From: a virus
Taxonomy: Duplodnaviria > Heunggongvirae > Uroviricota > Caudoviricetes
Virus record (IMG/VR): IMGVR_UViG_3300046787_000302
Location: 64,001-128,000 of that record
Direction: 5' to 3' (one strand)
DNA: 64,000 nucleotides
Each line of letters opens with the position of its first letter. Position 1 is the first letter of the stretch. The position numbers and the translations under genes are program-made. Positions 46,447-55,387 of this stretch are shown one piece after another. The notes beneath the pieces are model-generated. The model was not told where the DNA came from and made no database searches. It was given only the letters and a program-made list of their open reading frames with translations.

Positions 46447-46752
46447 ATGGCAGAAGAAACAGAAGGAGGACAATCCTCAGTAAAAGGAATCATCATCACA
46501 GCAGTTAGTACAGTTGTACTTGGTGTTGCTGGTTATGTAACTAAGTTAATCACAGGAGAGAAAGAAGAAGCTCCACAAGCTACTTCAGCACCAGCTCCAG
46601 TAATTAACATTAACCAAGCAGCAGCGGCTCCTGCACCTGCAGCTAAAACTATTATTGTAAACAAGACAGCTCCTGCAGCTCAATCAGCTCCGGCACCAAA
46701 GCCAAAAGCTCCTACTGCTAAAGAAGAGTTGGAAAAAGCTCCAGCCTGGTAA
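46447..46752 (+). CDS. Single-TM protein with Pro/Ala-rich tail
   Basis: TM segment IIITAVSTVVLGVAGYV, then PAPAA repeats. Confidence 0.6.
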   Translation: MAEETEGGQSSVKGIIITAVSTVVLGVAGYVTKLITGEKEEAPQATSAPAPVININQAAAAPAPAAKTIIVNKTAPAAQSAPAPKPKAPTAKEELEKAPAW

Positions 46753-47330
46753 TGGATAACTCGCAAGCTACAGGGTTTAAAGACCTGTTAAATCAGATGA
46801 TGACAAGACGATGGTTGATAACAGCTATCGTTCTTGGTGGTTTTATGCTGATCATTGGTGGGATTTTCCTGGCAATTGGTCAGAACACTGCTATTGCAGG
46901 TGAGTGGAAAGAGTTGTTACTCTTGTTACTTGGTGCATTTATTGGTTCTTATGGTAAGATTATCGACTATTGGTTTTCTGATACTGATAAGGATAAGATG
47001 CTAGTCCAAAAAATGGATGAGGAGGACGGTACGTCTTTATCTAATACAGCTGATATGGCTGCTCCAACACCAATGAATCCATCAGCAGAGTTTACTAAAC
47101 CTGCTGAATCAGTAGATACACTACCAAAATCAGAAGCAAAACAAACAGGTACCGAGATCGATGAGGACGGTGATGGTGTTATGGATGGCTTAGATATTGA
47201 TGGTGATGGTAAGATTGATGTATACTTTGCTCATCGCCAGTGTGAACATGTTTGGGGTGACTCAGATGGTGACGGTGATGAAGAGTGTCTTAAGTGTGGT
47301 AAAATAAAAGATGATGAAACAACTGTATGA
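46752..47330 (+). CDS. Two-TM membrane protein with Asp/Gly Ca-binding-like loops and a C-terminal Cys/His motif
   Basis: Two TM helices; DEDGDGVMD, DIDGDGKID, DSDGDGDEE loops; CEH...CLKC. Confidence 0.6.
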   Translation: MDNSQATGFKDLLNQMMTRRWLITAIVLGGFMLIIGGIFLAIGQNTAIAGEWKELLLLLLGAFIGSYGKIIDYWFSDTDKDKMLVQKMDEEDGTSLSNTADMAAPTPMNPSAEFTKPAESVDTLPKSEAKQTGTEIDEDGDGVMDGLDIDGDGKIDVYFAHRQCEHVWGDSDGDGDEECLKCGKIKDDETTV

Positions 47331-48058
47331 AAAAGCTAAGCATATTCTTAAGTGCTTGTATTATATTATTTCTAGCTTCCAGTCATAAGACAGAAGCACA
47401 GATTGCTAGTACAAAGACAGAAGCTTATACAGCTTCATTCGAAAAGAAGATCAACATAGATTCATTAATGGACTATGAAGGCCCTAAAATACCCATCCAA
47501 CTTTTATCTCTTGGTATTAACGAAGACGTCTATGCTGCTTATCCAGAACTCAAGGACAAAAGAGTGGGTCTTGGCGTCACTAATATAGTTGTTGAATACC
47601 TTGAAGAGACTAACCGGTTTACTTTTACTGAAGACAAAGCTGAGATAAAAAACAGAATGGTCAAACAGTTCCAAGCAAGTCAGTCTGGTATAACAGAAAA
47701 TAAGCTTGACGGTAGAGGTAAGATTAAGTTAGCTCAGTACTTTGTGTATATTGAGGTCTATGATTTTTCCGTTTCTGAAGATGAATCATTATCTTTGAAA
47801 GACGGTGTAAAACAGACAGTTGTAACTCGTATGGGTTTGCAAGTTAAGTTTGTTAATGCAGAGACTGGTGAGTACTTTACTGGTTCCGGATTAGGAGAGG
47901 CAAAGACTACAAGAGAAGCAACACTAATGAACGATGGTAACTTTGCTGATATTAAGTTTAATCAATCCACGATTGGCACGACAACTAAGAAAGCGCTTGA
48001 AAACGCTGCTAGTAAGATTGTGGTACGGATGATAAAGAAGAAGATTTTCACTAAATAA
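47327..48058 (+). CDS. CsgG/HfaB-family outer-membrane secretion/assembly protein
   Basis: Signal peptide; GLGVTNIVVEYL..TNRF, AQYFVYIEVYDFS, GLQVKFVNAETGE..TGSG and KALENA patterns of the CsgG family. Confidence 0.72.
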   Translation: MKKLSIFLSACIILFLASSHKTEAQIASTKTEAYTASFEKKINIDSLMDYEGPKIPIQLLSLGINEDVYAAYPELKDKRVGLGVTNIVVEYLEETNRFTFTEDKAEIKNRMVKQFQASQSGITENKLDGRGKIKLAQYFVYIEVYDFSVSEDESLSLKDGVKQTVVTRMGLQVKFVNAETGEYFTGSGLGEAKTTREATLMNDGNFADIKFNQSTIGTTTKKALENAASKIVVRMIKKKIFTK

Positions 48059-48065
48059 ACCAACC

Positions 48066-48404
48066 ATGTTAGAAAAACTAATCATTGCTGGCAGTATTGC
48101 ACTTGCTGCTAGTATTTATCCTGCTTACAGGATTTACGAAGGTGCTAAGATACCAATGTATCAAACACGTATCTCTAATCTAGAACATCAGATGGAGATT
48201 GTTAAGTTAACAGAGACTGACCCTGCGAAACGTTATGTAAAACTTTCAAAGCTTGAGGGTAAGATTCTTAAGGTACGTACAAAGATTAAGGCACGTCAAA
48301 AGATTAAAGCTCTTGAAGCCAAATGGGACTATCAAGATGAGATGCTTAAGTTAAAGCGTTTTCAAGTTTCTGTTGATTCAACTATAAAGATTGAACCGAA
48401 GTAG
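48066..48404 (+). CDS. Hypothetical protein with N-terminal anchor and coiled coil
   Basis: 112-aa ORF in operon; its TAG overlaps the GTG of the next gene. Confidence 0.55.
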   Translation: MLEKLIIAGSIALAASIYPAYRIYEGAKIPMYQTRISNLEHQMEIVKLTETDPAKRYVKLSKLEGKILKVRTKIKARQKIKALEAKWDYQDEMLKLKRFQVSVDSTIKIEPK

Positions 48405-49726
48405 TGAAATGGTTAGGGATTATCATGTTGTTATTATTGTGGAACACGAGCAATGCTCAAGTGTTGTCACAAACATATGTTGATCCTTGTTCAGGAAAAG
48501 TATTAACGGTAACTGTACCTATCGCAAGTGGGTCAGTTACTGTTGTTTACAGAGGTCAATACAAAGTAGTTACAGCAAACGATATAACTACAGGTGCTTT
48601 AACAGCATGGTTAAATATGTTGACAACAGCATATCCATGTCCTGAAACACAACAAGTAGTAAATCAAGTAGTAACACAGACAGTTAATACTGCAGTTAGT
48701 GCAGCAGTTAATCAAGCAACTGCAAGTGCAACCGCTGCTGCTACTGCCGCTGCAACATCTGCGGCGACAAGTGCTGCTACTAGTGCAGCAACAAGTTCTG
48801 CAACTTCAGCTGCTACATCAACAGCTAGTTCTGCTGCATCCGCAGCTGCATCTTCTGCAGCAAGTAGTACTCCAGCACCGAGTGCAACAAGTACTAGTAG
48901 TTCATCATCATCTAGTTCATCATCTAGTTCTTCAGAAAGTAGTAGTTCAAGCTCTTCATCTGAAACAAAGAGTGAAACCAAAAGCGAATCAAGTAATGAG
49001 TCAAAGTCAGAAAGCAAAGAAGAAAGTAAGAGTGAGTCCAAGTCTGAGAAAAAAAGTGAAGATAAGAAAAGTAGTAAGAGCTCTGCCAAATCCAGTGCCC
49101 GTGTTAATCCTATCTTATATAACTCTGATCTTACTTCTCTATTATCTGATGATAATAGTTTTTCTCAGATAATATCTGTTGGTATGTCTCAGTCTTCAAT
49201 GACGGGAGCAGACTCATGGGGTGTTACTAGTATGATCTGGTCTACCTTTAATCAGTTTGCTTTATCTGGTAGATATACAAAGATGAACTTTGCAAAAGGT
49301 CAGTTATCTCATATAACAAACTACGGTATTACAGGAGTTTACTTATCAGGAAACTATGTAGCATTTGCTACTGCTGCTTATATCAAACCTTTAAAGAACA
49401 ATAAAGGCATCTTTGGTATAAACGAAACTATTAGTTATGCGATGAACACAGTAAGCAGCAGCTTGCTTATTTTCTATAGTAAACCTATTGTACTTAGTAA
49501 AAGAGTATCAATAGCTCCAACAATTACAGCATCAGCTTTTCCAGTTGTTGCATCAGAGACAGGCGTTGATATAACTCCAACATTCAACGCCATGACAGGA
49601 TCTAGTTTTGATCTTAATCTAACTAAACGTTTTAAACTTAACTGTGGTCTAACACTCGCTTTTAGTGAGCAGAGCATTAGACCTAACAGTTATATGTTTA
49701 TGATTGGAACAAAGCTTAATCTTTAA
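48404..49726 (+). CDS. Secreted protein: Cys-pair N-domain, Ser/Thr/Ala-rich stalk, probable C-terminal outer-membrane beta-barrel
   Basis: Signal peptide (GTG start); low-complexity linker; C-terminal ~200 aa of alternating hydrophobic strands ending MFMIGTKLNL. Confidence 0.55.
   Translation: MKWLGIIMLLLLWNTSNAQVLSQTYVDPCSGKVLTVTVPIASGSVTVVYRGQYKVVTANDITTGALTAWLNMLTTAYPCPETQQVVNQVVTQTVNTAVSAAVNQATASATAAATAAATSAATSAATSAATSSATSAATSTASSAASAAASSAASSTPAPSATSTSSSSSSSSSSSSSESSSSSSSSETKSETKSESSNESKSESKEESKSESKSEKKSEDKKSSKSSAKSSARVNPILYNSDLTSLLSDDNSFSQIISVGMSQSSMTGADSWGVTSMIWSTFNQFALSGRYTKMNFAKGQLSHITNYGITGVYLSGNYVAFATAAYIKPLKNNKGIFGINETISYAMNTVSSSLLIFYSKPIVLSKRVSIAPTITASAFPVVASETGVDITPTFNAMTGSSFDLNLTKRFKLNCGLTLAFSEQSIRPNSYMFMIGTKLNL
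48715..49095 (+). repeat. Low-complexity coding repeats (SAAT units, poly-Ser, ESKS units)
   Basis: ATSAATSAATSAATSS, S-run and ETKSETKSES...ESKSESKSEKKSE visible in the translation. Confidence 0.8.
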
Positions 49727-51269
49727 TTACGTAACCTCTTTTATCTACTGATAAGATTCTGTTACCATCAAAGACAGACATTTGTTTAGCATGATACTGC
49801 TCTAGTACTTGATCATTAAAGTAGTTAAACATACTACCTTTAACACCCAAGAAGAAAGCTTTATCTGTATAGACACTGCAGCGATCTTCTGCGTCAGTGA
49901 GTATCAAACTATTCTCTTGTGATTTAATAATATGGTTTACTACTTTTGTAATACTTGTACCACCCATATCATCTAAAGATGCAATAGCAAAATCTGTTGT
50001 CTTTAGAGCATGCACATCTTGGTTAAAAGAATAAAGCTTATTAAGCATGTTGTTCTTTTTCATTACAAGAGCAATAGCTTTTGCAAACTCAAGTTTAGTC
50101 AACCCTCTTCCATCAACGTCTTTAACACCACATCCTTCAGACATCGAACCAGATATATCGATGTAAAGGTTAATCTTACCTTTACGCTCAACGTTTCTTG
50201 TTGTAATATCTTCTGGAAATATGTTTCTAAGCTTTGGATGAAGCATTGCGTACTCTTCTAAGCCATCAAAGTTACCTGACTCGAACAAAGACTCATGTGT
50301 AATGCGTTCTTGCCCTGAGAAGTAATTCTTTGACTTATCTAAGATCATCTTGATGTTGTTCTTTAGTACAGAATCATTCATCTTGATTTTCTTTAGAGAC
50401 TCAATTGCTCTTTCTATCTCATGCTTAGTCATACTGCCAATACCAGTGTTTTTATTCCAAGCTTCTTCAAGCTCTTCGTCACCAATATTTTCAGTTAGTT
50501 CATTGATGTTTTGAGCTGCATCATGCATCTCTTCCTCTAACTTATCTCTAGTTTGCTTTAAAGCTTTATCAATAGCTTTCTCCATCTTCTTCTGGTCTTT
50601 TCCAGAACCTTTTCCAGAACCACTTTGACCTTGAGCTTGATCATCTTGCTCTCCATCTTGGTTTTCATCACCATCACCATCAGATTGATTCATTTGGTTT
50701 TTCATCTCTTCATGAGCATCAGGATCCTGCTTCTTTAGTCTTAACATAAAGTAAGTAAGATATGTCATCATACTTTGAGTAAACATACCAGACTTAACAT
50801 TAGAACCTTCAGTTAAGATCTTTAAGCTTGGATCATTTGCTAACTCAAGAAGTTTGTAACGCATCTGATTCTTTTCATTACGAGCTTTGAAGTCAATCTT
50901 ATCAATAGGTTTGTTAAACATATTAAAGATATCGTTCTTTAGTGATGAAGGTATTGATTGATACGCTTCAGTCATTTCTTCAACTGAAAAGTTCCAGTTC
51001 TCACGCCCTTTCATCTTGACAATCTTTTCTGCTGTCTGTATAAGAGCACCATGATTACTTCCACTACTTGTATAACCAGGGATAAAACCTTTCTTTACAA
51101 ACTCATTTAATCGATAAGCATCTATATAGTGAATATATGGCTCAACTAACTCAGGTTTTTTATACGAACCAATGATACTTGTAAATCGGGAAGAGCCAGA
51201 AAAATCTAGCTCCCCCTTCTTTACTTTCTCCATGATTGTAAACACGTTTTTATACTGTTTCTTAGCCAT
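49716..51269 (-). CDS. vWA (MIDAS) domain protein, ViaA-like partner of a MoxR ATPase
   Basis: YIDISGSMS (DxSxS), GGTSI, ILTDAED; acidic Gln/Gly/Asp linker before the vWA domain. Confidence 0.85.
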   Translation of the reverse strand: MAKKQYKNVFTIMEKVKKGELDFSGSSRFTSIIGSYKKPELVEPYIHYIDAYRLNEFVKKGFIPGYTSSGSNHGALIQTAEKIVKMKGRENWNFSVEEMTEAYQSIPSSLKNDIFNMFNKPIDKIDFKARNEKNQMRYKLLELANDPSLKILTEGSNVKSGMFTQSMMTYLTYFMLRLKKQDPDAHEEMKNQMNQSDGDGDENQDGEQDDQAQGQSGSGKGSGKDQKKMEKAIDKALKQTRDKLEEEMHDAAQNINELTENIGDEELEEAWNKNTGIGSMTKHEIERAIESLKKIKMNDSVLKNNIKMILDKSKNYFSGQERITHESLFESGNFDGLEEYAMLHPKLRNIFPEDITTRNVERKGKINLYIDISGSMSEGCGVKDVDGRGLTKLEFAKAIALVMKKNNMLNKLYSFNQDVHALKTTDFAIASLDDMGGTSITKVVNHIIKSQENSLILTDAEDRCSVYTDKAFFLGVKGSMFNYFNDQVLEQYHAKQMSVFDGNRILSVDKRGYVIKD

Positions 51270-51282
51270 GGCTTTCTCTTAT

Positions 51283-52500
51283 TTAGAATGGATCTACATT
51301 AGTGTCTGCAGGTGATGTAGACGTTGTGTAAGTACTGTATTGAATAGTACCAGATAAAGGCATGCTTGACTCACTCATATCTCCTTCAATCTCACTTAAG
51401 ATCTCTGATGCTAATTCCTCTTCTGCTTCATCTTGATTAGCAAGAACGTGGTTCTCAAGTACAATAGTCATTGTAGCATCAATAGTTTGAGCATCATCAT
51501 CTGCAAGTTTACCGTTTGAGATATAAGTTGCTGTTAGATCTTCGATCTCTTTTACAGCAAGAGATAAACTAGTTTGATCATGATAAGACTTGAGCATATC
51601 AATCTTAGACATGATGATCTTCATCTCCATTGATGTAAGCATGTCATTAAGACGAGTACTAGCTGCTTTATCAACCATCATCTCAGCTAACTTAACTAAA
51701 GCTTTGTCAAGACTAACATCCCAGATATAGTGAATACCTGCTGCAAGACGAGGAACAAAGGTTAAAGTACGGTCAGTTGTCTTGTCATAAGATACCTCGA
51801 TAAACTTCTCGATGCGGCTTGGTGATAACACAACATCTTTTAACTCTTGTGAGTTAGGGATGTTAAGACTGATGTTTTGAATATAGTCTTTACCACCTTT
51901 GCTATGATACTTAACCATATCACCCGCAGAGATACGAGATACTTGCATCTTGATCATGAAACGATCCCAGAAAGGTGAGTTAATCTCGTCTTTTGGAATC
52001 TCATTACAAGTTGCAACAAACAACTTCCACTTGCATGGTACTTTGTTCTTACCGTTAAATAAGAAACGCTCGTTCATAATACCCAACAAAGAGTTACGGA
52101 TACCAGAACTAGCTTTATCTACCTCGTTAATGATGATGATCTCAGCCTCAGTAATAGGAGCATTAAGTTCATACTTATTGTTTGTAAACAACGCTTCTAA
52201 GTCTGGCATACCCTTCACTTCTGATTGCTTAGTACCCTCATCAGTCTCTAAGATATAGATCTTTGACATAAAGTTTTCAGCAGTTGCTAACTTATTCTCA
52301 ATCAACCATGCTTTTGCATACTCTACTACAGTCTTGGTCTTACCAACACCAGGACGACCCTCTAATAATACTGGTAACTGAGATGACTCTGCTAATGCTA
52401 GAGTCTTGAACACTTCTTCTTTGTTCATTAAAGAAGTAGTGATAGTTCTTACCTCTTGAGTCTTGTTTCTTGCTAATGACTTTGCTTTTTGTACTGACAT
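51283..52500 (-). CDS. MoxR/RavA-like AAA+ ATPase
   Basis: LLEGRPGVGKT, IINEVDKA, ATCNE, SPFWDRF motifs. Confidence 0.85.
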   Translation of the reverse strand: MSVQKAKSLARNKTQEVRTITTSLMNKEEVFKTLALAESSQLPVLLEGRPGVGKTKTVVEYAKAWLIENKLATAENFMSKIYILETDEGTKQSEVKGMPDLEALFTNNKYELNAPITEAEIIIINEVDKASSGIRNSLLGIMNERFLFNGKNKVPCKWKLFVATCNEIPKDEINSPFWDRFMIKMQVSRISAGDMVKYHSKGGKDYIQNISLNIPNSQELKDVVLSPSRIEKFIEVSYDKTTDRTLTFVPRLAAGIHYIWDVSLDKALVKLAEMMVDKAASTRLNDMLTSMEMKIIMSKIDMLKSYHDQTSLSLAVKEIEDLTATYISNGKLADDDAQTIDATMTIVLENHVLANQDEAEEELASEILSEIEGDMSESSMPLSGTIQYSTYTTSTSPADTNVDPF

Positions 52501-52522
52501 TGTTGTTATTATTTATTAGTTA

Positions 52523-52885
52523 TTAAATATTGATAAACGCATTTAACTCTTCAACAGATGATTCTTCAACCTGGAACATGTCTGATTGAGTTACATTTGT
52601 TGGCTCATCAAACTGCTTTGGTTTACGCTCACGCTTCTTCTCAACCTCTTTTTCTAAAATGCTATGGGCTTCTTTATCTGATATATCATCAATAAGGATA
52701 AAGCGCATGAAGTTTGGTTCAGCATTTTCTAGTAAAGGATGCTTTCTGATTATAGCAATCTCGTTCTCAGATGCATTAAGATGGGACTCAATAGAACCAA
52801 AACCTTCGTTCTCTGACTCTAACCATGCATAACCTTCGCTTAATAGCTGAAGTAATGCACTAATGTGTACTTCTACTTTTTTCAT
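52523..52885 (-). CDS. Hypothetical protein (120 aa)
   Basis: ORF in operon. Confidence 0.55.
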   Translation of the reverse strand: MKKVEVHISALLQLLSEGYAWLESENEGFGSIESHLNASENEIAIIRKHPLLENAEPNFMRFILIDDISDKEAHSILEKEVEKKRERKPKQFDEPTNVTQSDMFQVEESSVEELNAFINI

Positions 52886-52886
52886 A

Positions 52887-53609
52887 TTACCATTTGATTG
52901 TTTGATCCTTGCCGTTATTGGCTTCTATTATTTCATTAATCTTGTTAAACACATCTTGACAGTCCCACTCAGATGCTTTTTGATAAGCTGCTGATGCAGG
53001 ATGGGATACTGAAAACTTATAATGATTACTACTAACTAAGGCTTCAAGCTCTAAAGCTTGTTTACCCATGAATACCCAGATTAAACCAGGATTATACCAT
53101 GATAAGGTATCAACTACATATACTATAAACTTTTGCCACACATCATAGTGTGTACCTATCTTACCAACTTCTGTTGTTAACGCCGTGTTTAGTAACAATA
53201 CGCCTTGATTTGCCCAACGAGTAAGATCTGGATCTTGATATGTTGGAAACTCTTGGTGTACAGTCTTTTCAATAGCACCAAAGATGTATTTAAGACTAGG
53301 TTGTAACTCTTTTGTAATAGAACAAGAGAAAGCTTTACCATCAGCTACTCCTAACTGTGGATAAGGATCTTGTCCTATAATAACTACTTTTAGATCTCTG
53401 TAAGGACAATCCTCGAAAGCAGAAAAGATATGCTTCAAGGGTGGAGTAAACCGTTTGCCATCATCTTTCATTGAACTTAGTGTTTGTAACACTTCAGTAA
53501 ACTCAGATGACATAACAAAGGTCTTTAACTTATCTGCCCATCCAGAATCTCTTAGCTTATCAATAAGCTTTTCTTGAATCTGTTGTAGATCAACTGCTTG
53601 TGAACTCAT
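52887..53609 (-). CDS. ung: Uracil-DNA glycosylase, family 1
   Basis: VVIIGQDPYP, ADGKAFS, WANQGVLLLN, HPAS motifs. Confidence 0.92.
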   Translation of the reverse strand: MSSQAVDLQQIQEKLIDKLRDSGWADKLKTFVMSSEFTEVLQTLSSMKDDGKRFTPPLKHIFSAFEDCPYRDLKVVIIGQDPYPQLGVADGKAFSCSITKELQPSLKYIFGAIEKTVHQEFPTYQDPDLTRWANQGVLLLNTALTTEVGKIGTHYDVWQKFIVYVVDTLSWYNPGLIWVFMGKQALELEALVSSNHYKFSVSHPASAAYQKASEWDCQDVFNKINEIIEANNGKDQTIKW

Positions 53610-53618
53610 AATTCTTGT

Positions 53619-53626
53619 TATCTTTG
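53619..53626 (+). promoter_or_regulatory. Bacteroidota -7 promoter element (TATCTTTG)
   Basis: Exact TAnnTTTG 19 nt upstream of the ATG at 53645; CTTG lies 18 nt further upstream. Confidence 0.55.
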
Positions 53627-53644
53627 TAAAAAAACTAAAACACT

Positions 53645-53947
53645 ATGTCACAAGGCGTTCCAGTATTACCTCCAAACACACAAGTACCTATTACTATAGG
53701 CACAGGGTTTGTTCAACAGTTATTCACTACTATGGGCTTTATCATTGCAGATAAGACTCCAGAGCAAATAACTGAACTACATAAAGCAATCGCTGAAAAT
53801 ACATTCACAAACGAACCATGGATGGCTGCTTATGTAACGATTGCTTCTTTAGTAAAACATATTGAAGAGGTTGCTATCGAAAAGAATCTTGTAACATACT
53901 CTGACCTTAGTGAACAGGACAGCCCATCTGTTCCCCCAGCACAATAG
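53645..53947 (+). CDS. Hypothetical protein (100 aa), lone plus-strand gene
   Basis: Fills a gap with no minus-strand ORF; has its own promoter element and an A-rich leader. Confidence 0.65.
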   Translation: MSQGVPVLPPNTQVPITIGTGFVQQLFTTMGFIIADKTPEQITELHKAIAENTFTNEPWMAAYVTIASLVKHIEEVAIEKNLVTYSDLSEQDSPSVPPAQ

Positions 53948-54287
53948 CTGCTTGGATAACATCACTAAGTTCTGATCTACTACAGTCACCAAAGCTTTTG
54001 ACAATGTGTTGTCCTTCAGTCTTTATTATTAGACCAGCTCTGTCTTTAACGTAGTATTTCATTTCATCAAAGGTGTGCCCGCCATGATTAGCGAGTTCCC
54101 TGCACATTGCATGTATCTTACTGATCTGTGCTAAAGTAGCATTTGGATCATATACTTGCATGGTGATCTCAATCATTGAACCATCAGGAACATTGTCTTT
54201 AAACTGATTGTATAAAGCTTTGTCCTGATTGGTCAACGGTTGAAAGACATCACCCTTCTTAATCATTTTTCCTACATATAGTCTCAT
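53907..54287 (-). CDS. NinB-like recombination-associated protein (tentative)
   Basis: TLAQISKIHAMCRELA...GHTFDEMK pattern; ATGA overlap with the helicase stop. Confidence 0.4.
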   Translation of the reverse strand: MRLYVGKMIKKGDVFQPLTNQDKALYNQFKDNVPDGSMIEITMQVYDPNATLAQISKIHAMCRELANHGGHTFDEMKYYVKDRAGLIIKTEGQHIVKSFGDCSRSELSDVIQAAIVLGEQMGCPVH

Positions 54288-55387
54288 GATACTCCTATGG
54301 TGTGATATGTGATTTTTGTTGGATCTAAATCCTTTAGAGCTTCCTCTACCCAGTCTTCATCTTTTGTACCTGAATAACACAAGATATGAACAACTGCAGT
54401 TTCATCAGGATTAAGTCGTAACATACGACCTATTCTCTGGTTTGACTTACGCTCATTACCAAATGCATGCATAATAATACCACACTTTAAGTCAGGGATC
54501 GTTACCCCTTCAGATAACTGTGCTACACAACTTAGCTGCTTAATCGTCCCTTTCTTAAAGGCGGCAAGATGTAGATCAGAGTATTGGTTCCCACTATGAT
54601 ATGAGTGAGGACACAATCGATCTGATTGTTCTTGAGTATTGCAAAAGATAATACACTTATCCTTAATACCCTTTAGTAAGTACTCTGCATAACGTTCTTT
54701 TGTCTTAAAGTCCATTAATACACGCATTCTCATTACAGCACAGATCTGCTCCATCTTTTTTGATGGTGCTGCTGCTAATCTTTTTGTCCAGTAAGCATAT
54801 GATTGATTCTCAGATGTAAAGAAGTTCCTACCTTTCATGTTCACAGGGATATCACTTGACGTACTTAGCGGAAGCTTATGTACAAATATCCTGTAATCAT
54901 TAAGAATGTTATCTTCAACTGCAGTATCAGTCGTGTAAGTATATACTACCGGGCAATAAGATGCAACCATTACATGCTTCTCAGACTTCTTATACCTTGG
55001 AGGTGTACCAGTTAAACCTAGGATACGACCTTTGTATTGTGTTAAAAACTTCTGATGTGTATACAATAAACTATGACACTCATCAAGAATGACGATATCG
55101 TAGTTTGCTGGATCATGCTTTGATAAAGAGATGTAGGTAGAGAAAGTAGCTGAACTAAGAACATGCTCTAACTTAAACTTTACTGCATCATCCATCCAGC
55201 TTTTATAGATACTAACCTTTGGAGCAACAATAAGAACCTTATAAGGATACAGTGTATCGTTCTTTATAGAGTCAAGATACTGCAAGCCAATGAGAGTCTT
55301 TCCGACCCCCATTGATAATGCTGCAGTACACCGTTTATGTTTTACTATCGTATCTAACGCTTCTTTCTGTATCTGATCTCTAGTCAT
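54284..55387 (-). CDS. Superfamily 2 helicase (ResIII/DEAD-like); start re-called at MTRDQ
   Basis: MGVGKT, ILDECH, GLTGTP, QLSEGV, QRIGRMLR motifs. Confidence 0.9.
   Translation of the reverse strand: MTRDQIQKEALDTIVKHKRCTAALSMGVGKTLIGLQYLDSIKNDTLYPYKVLIVAPKVSIYKSWMDDAVKFKLEHVLSSATFSTYISLSKHDPANYDIVILDECHSLLYTHQKFLTQYKGRILGLTGTPPRYKKSEKHVMVASYCPVVYTYTTDTAVEDNILNDYRIFVHKLPLSTSSDIPVNMKGRNFFTSENQSYAYWTKRLAAAPSKKMEQICAVMRMRVLMDFKTKERYAEYLLKGIKDKCIIFCNTQEQSDRLCPHSYHSGNQYSDLHLAAFKKGTIKQLSCVAQLSEGVTIPDLKCGIIMHAFGNERKSNQRIGRMLRLNPDETAVVHILCYSGTKDEDWVEEALKDLDPTKITYHTIGVS

Noticed and set aside
48699-49172. Alternative-frame ORFs 48699-49172 (+) and 48712-49089 (-)
   Set aside because: Shadow frames produced by the low-complexity Ser/Ala repeat of the 440-aa gene.
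43782-49726. A complete curli (csgBAC/DEFG) operon
   Set aside because: No CsgA/B-type repeats (S-x5-Q-x-G-x2-N-x-A-x3-Q) and no recognisable CsgE/F; only the CsgG-like component is supported.
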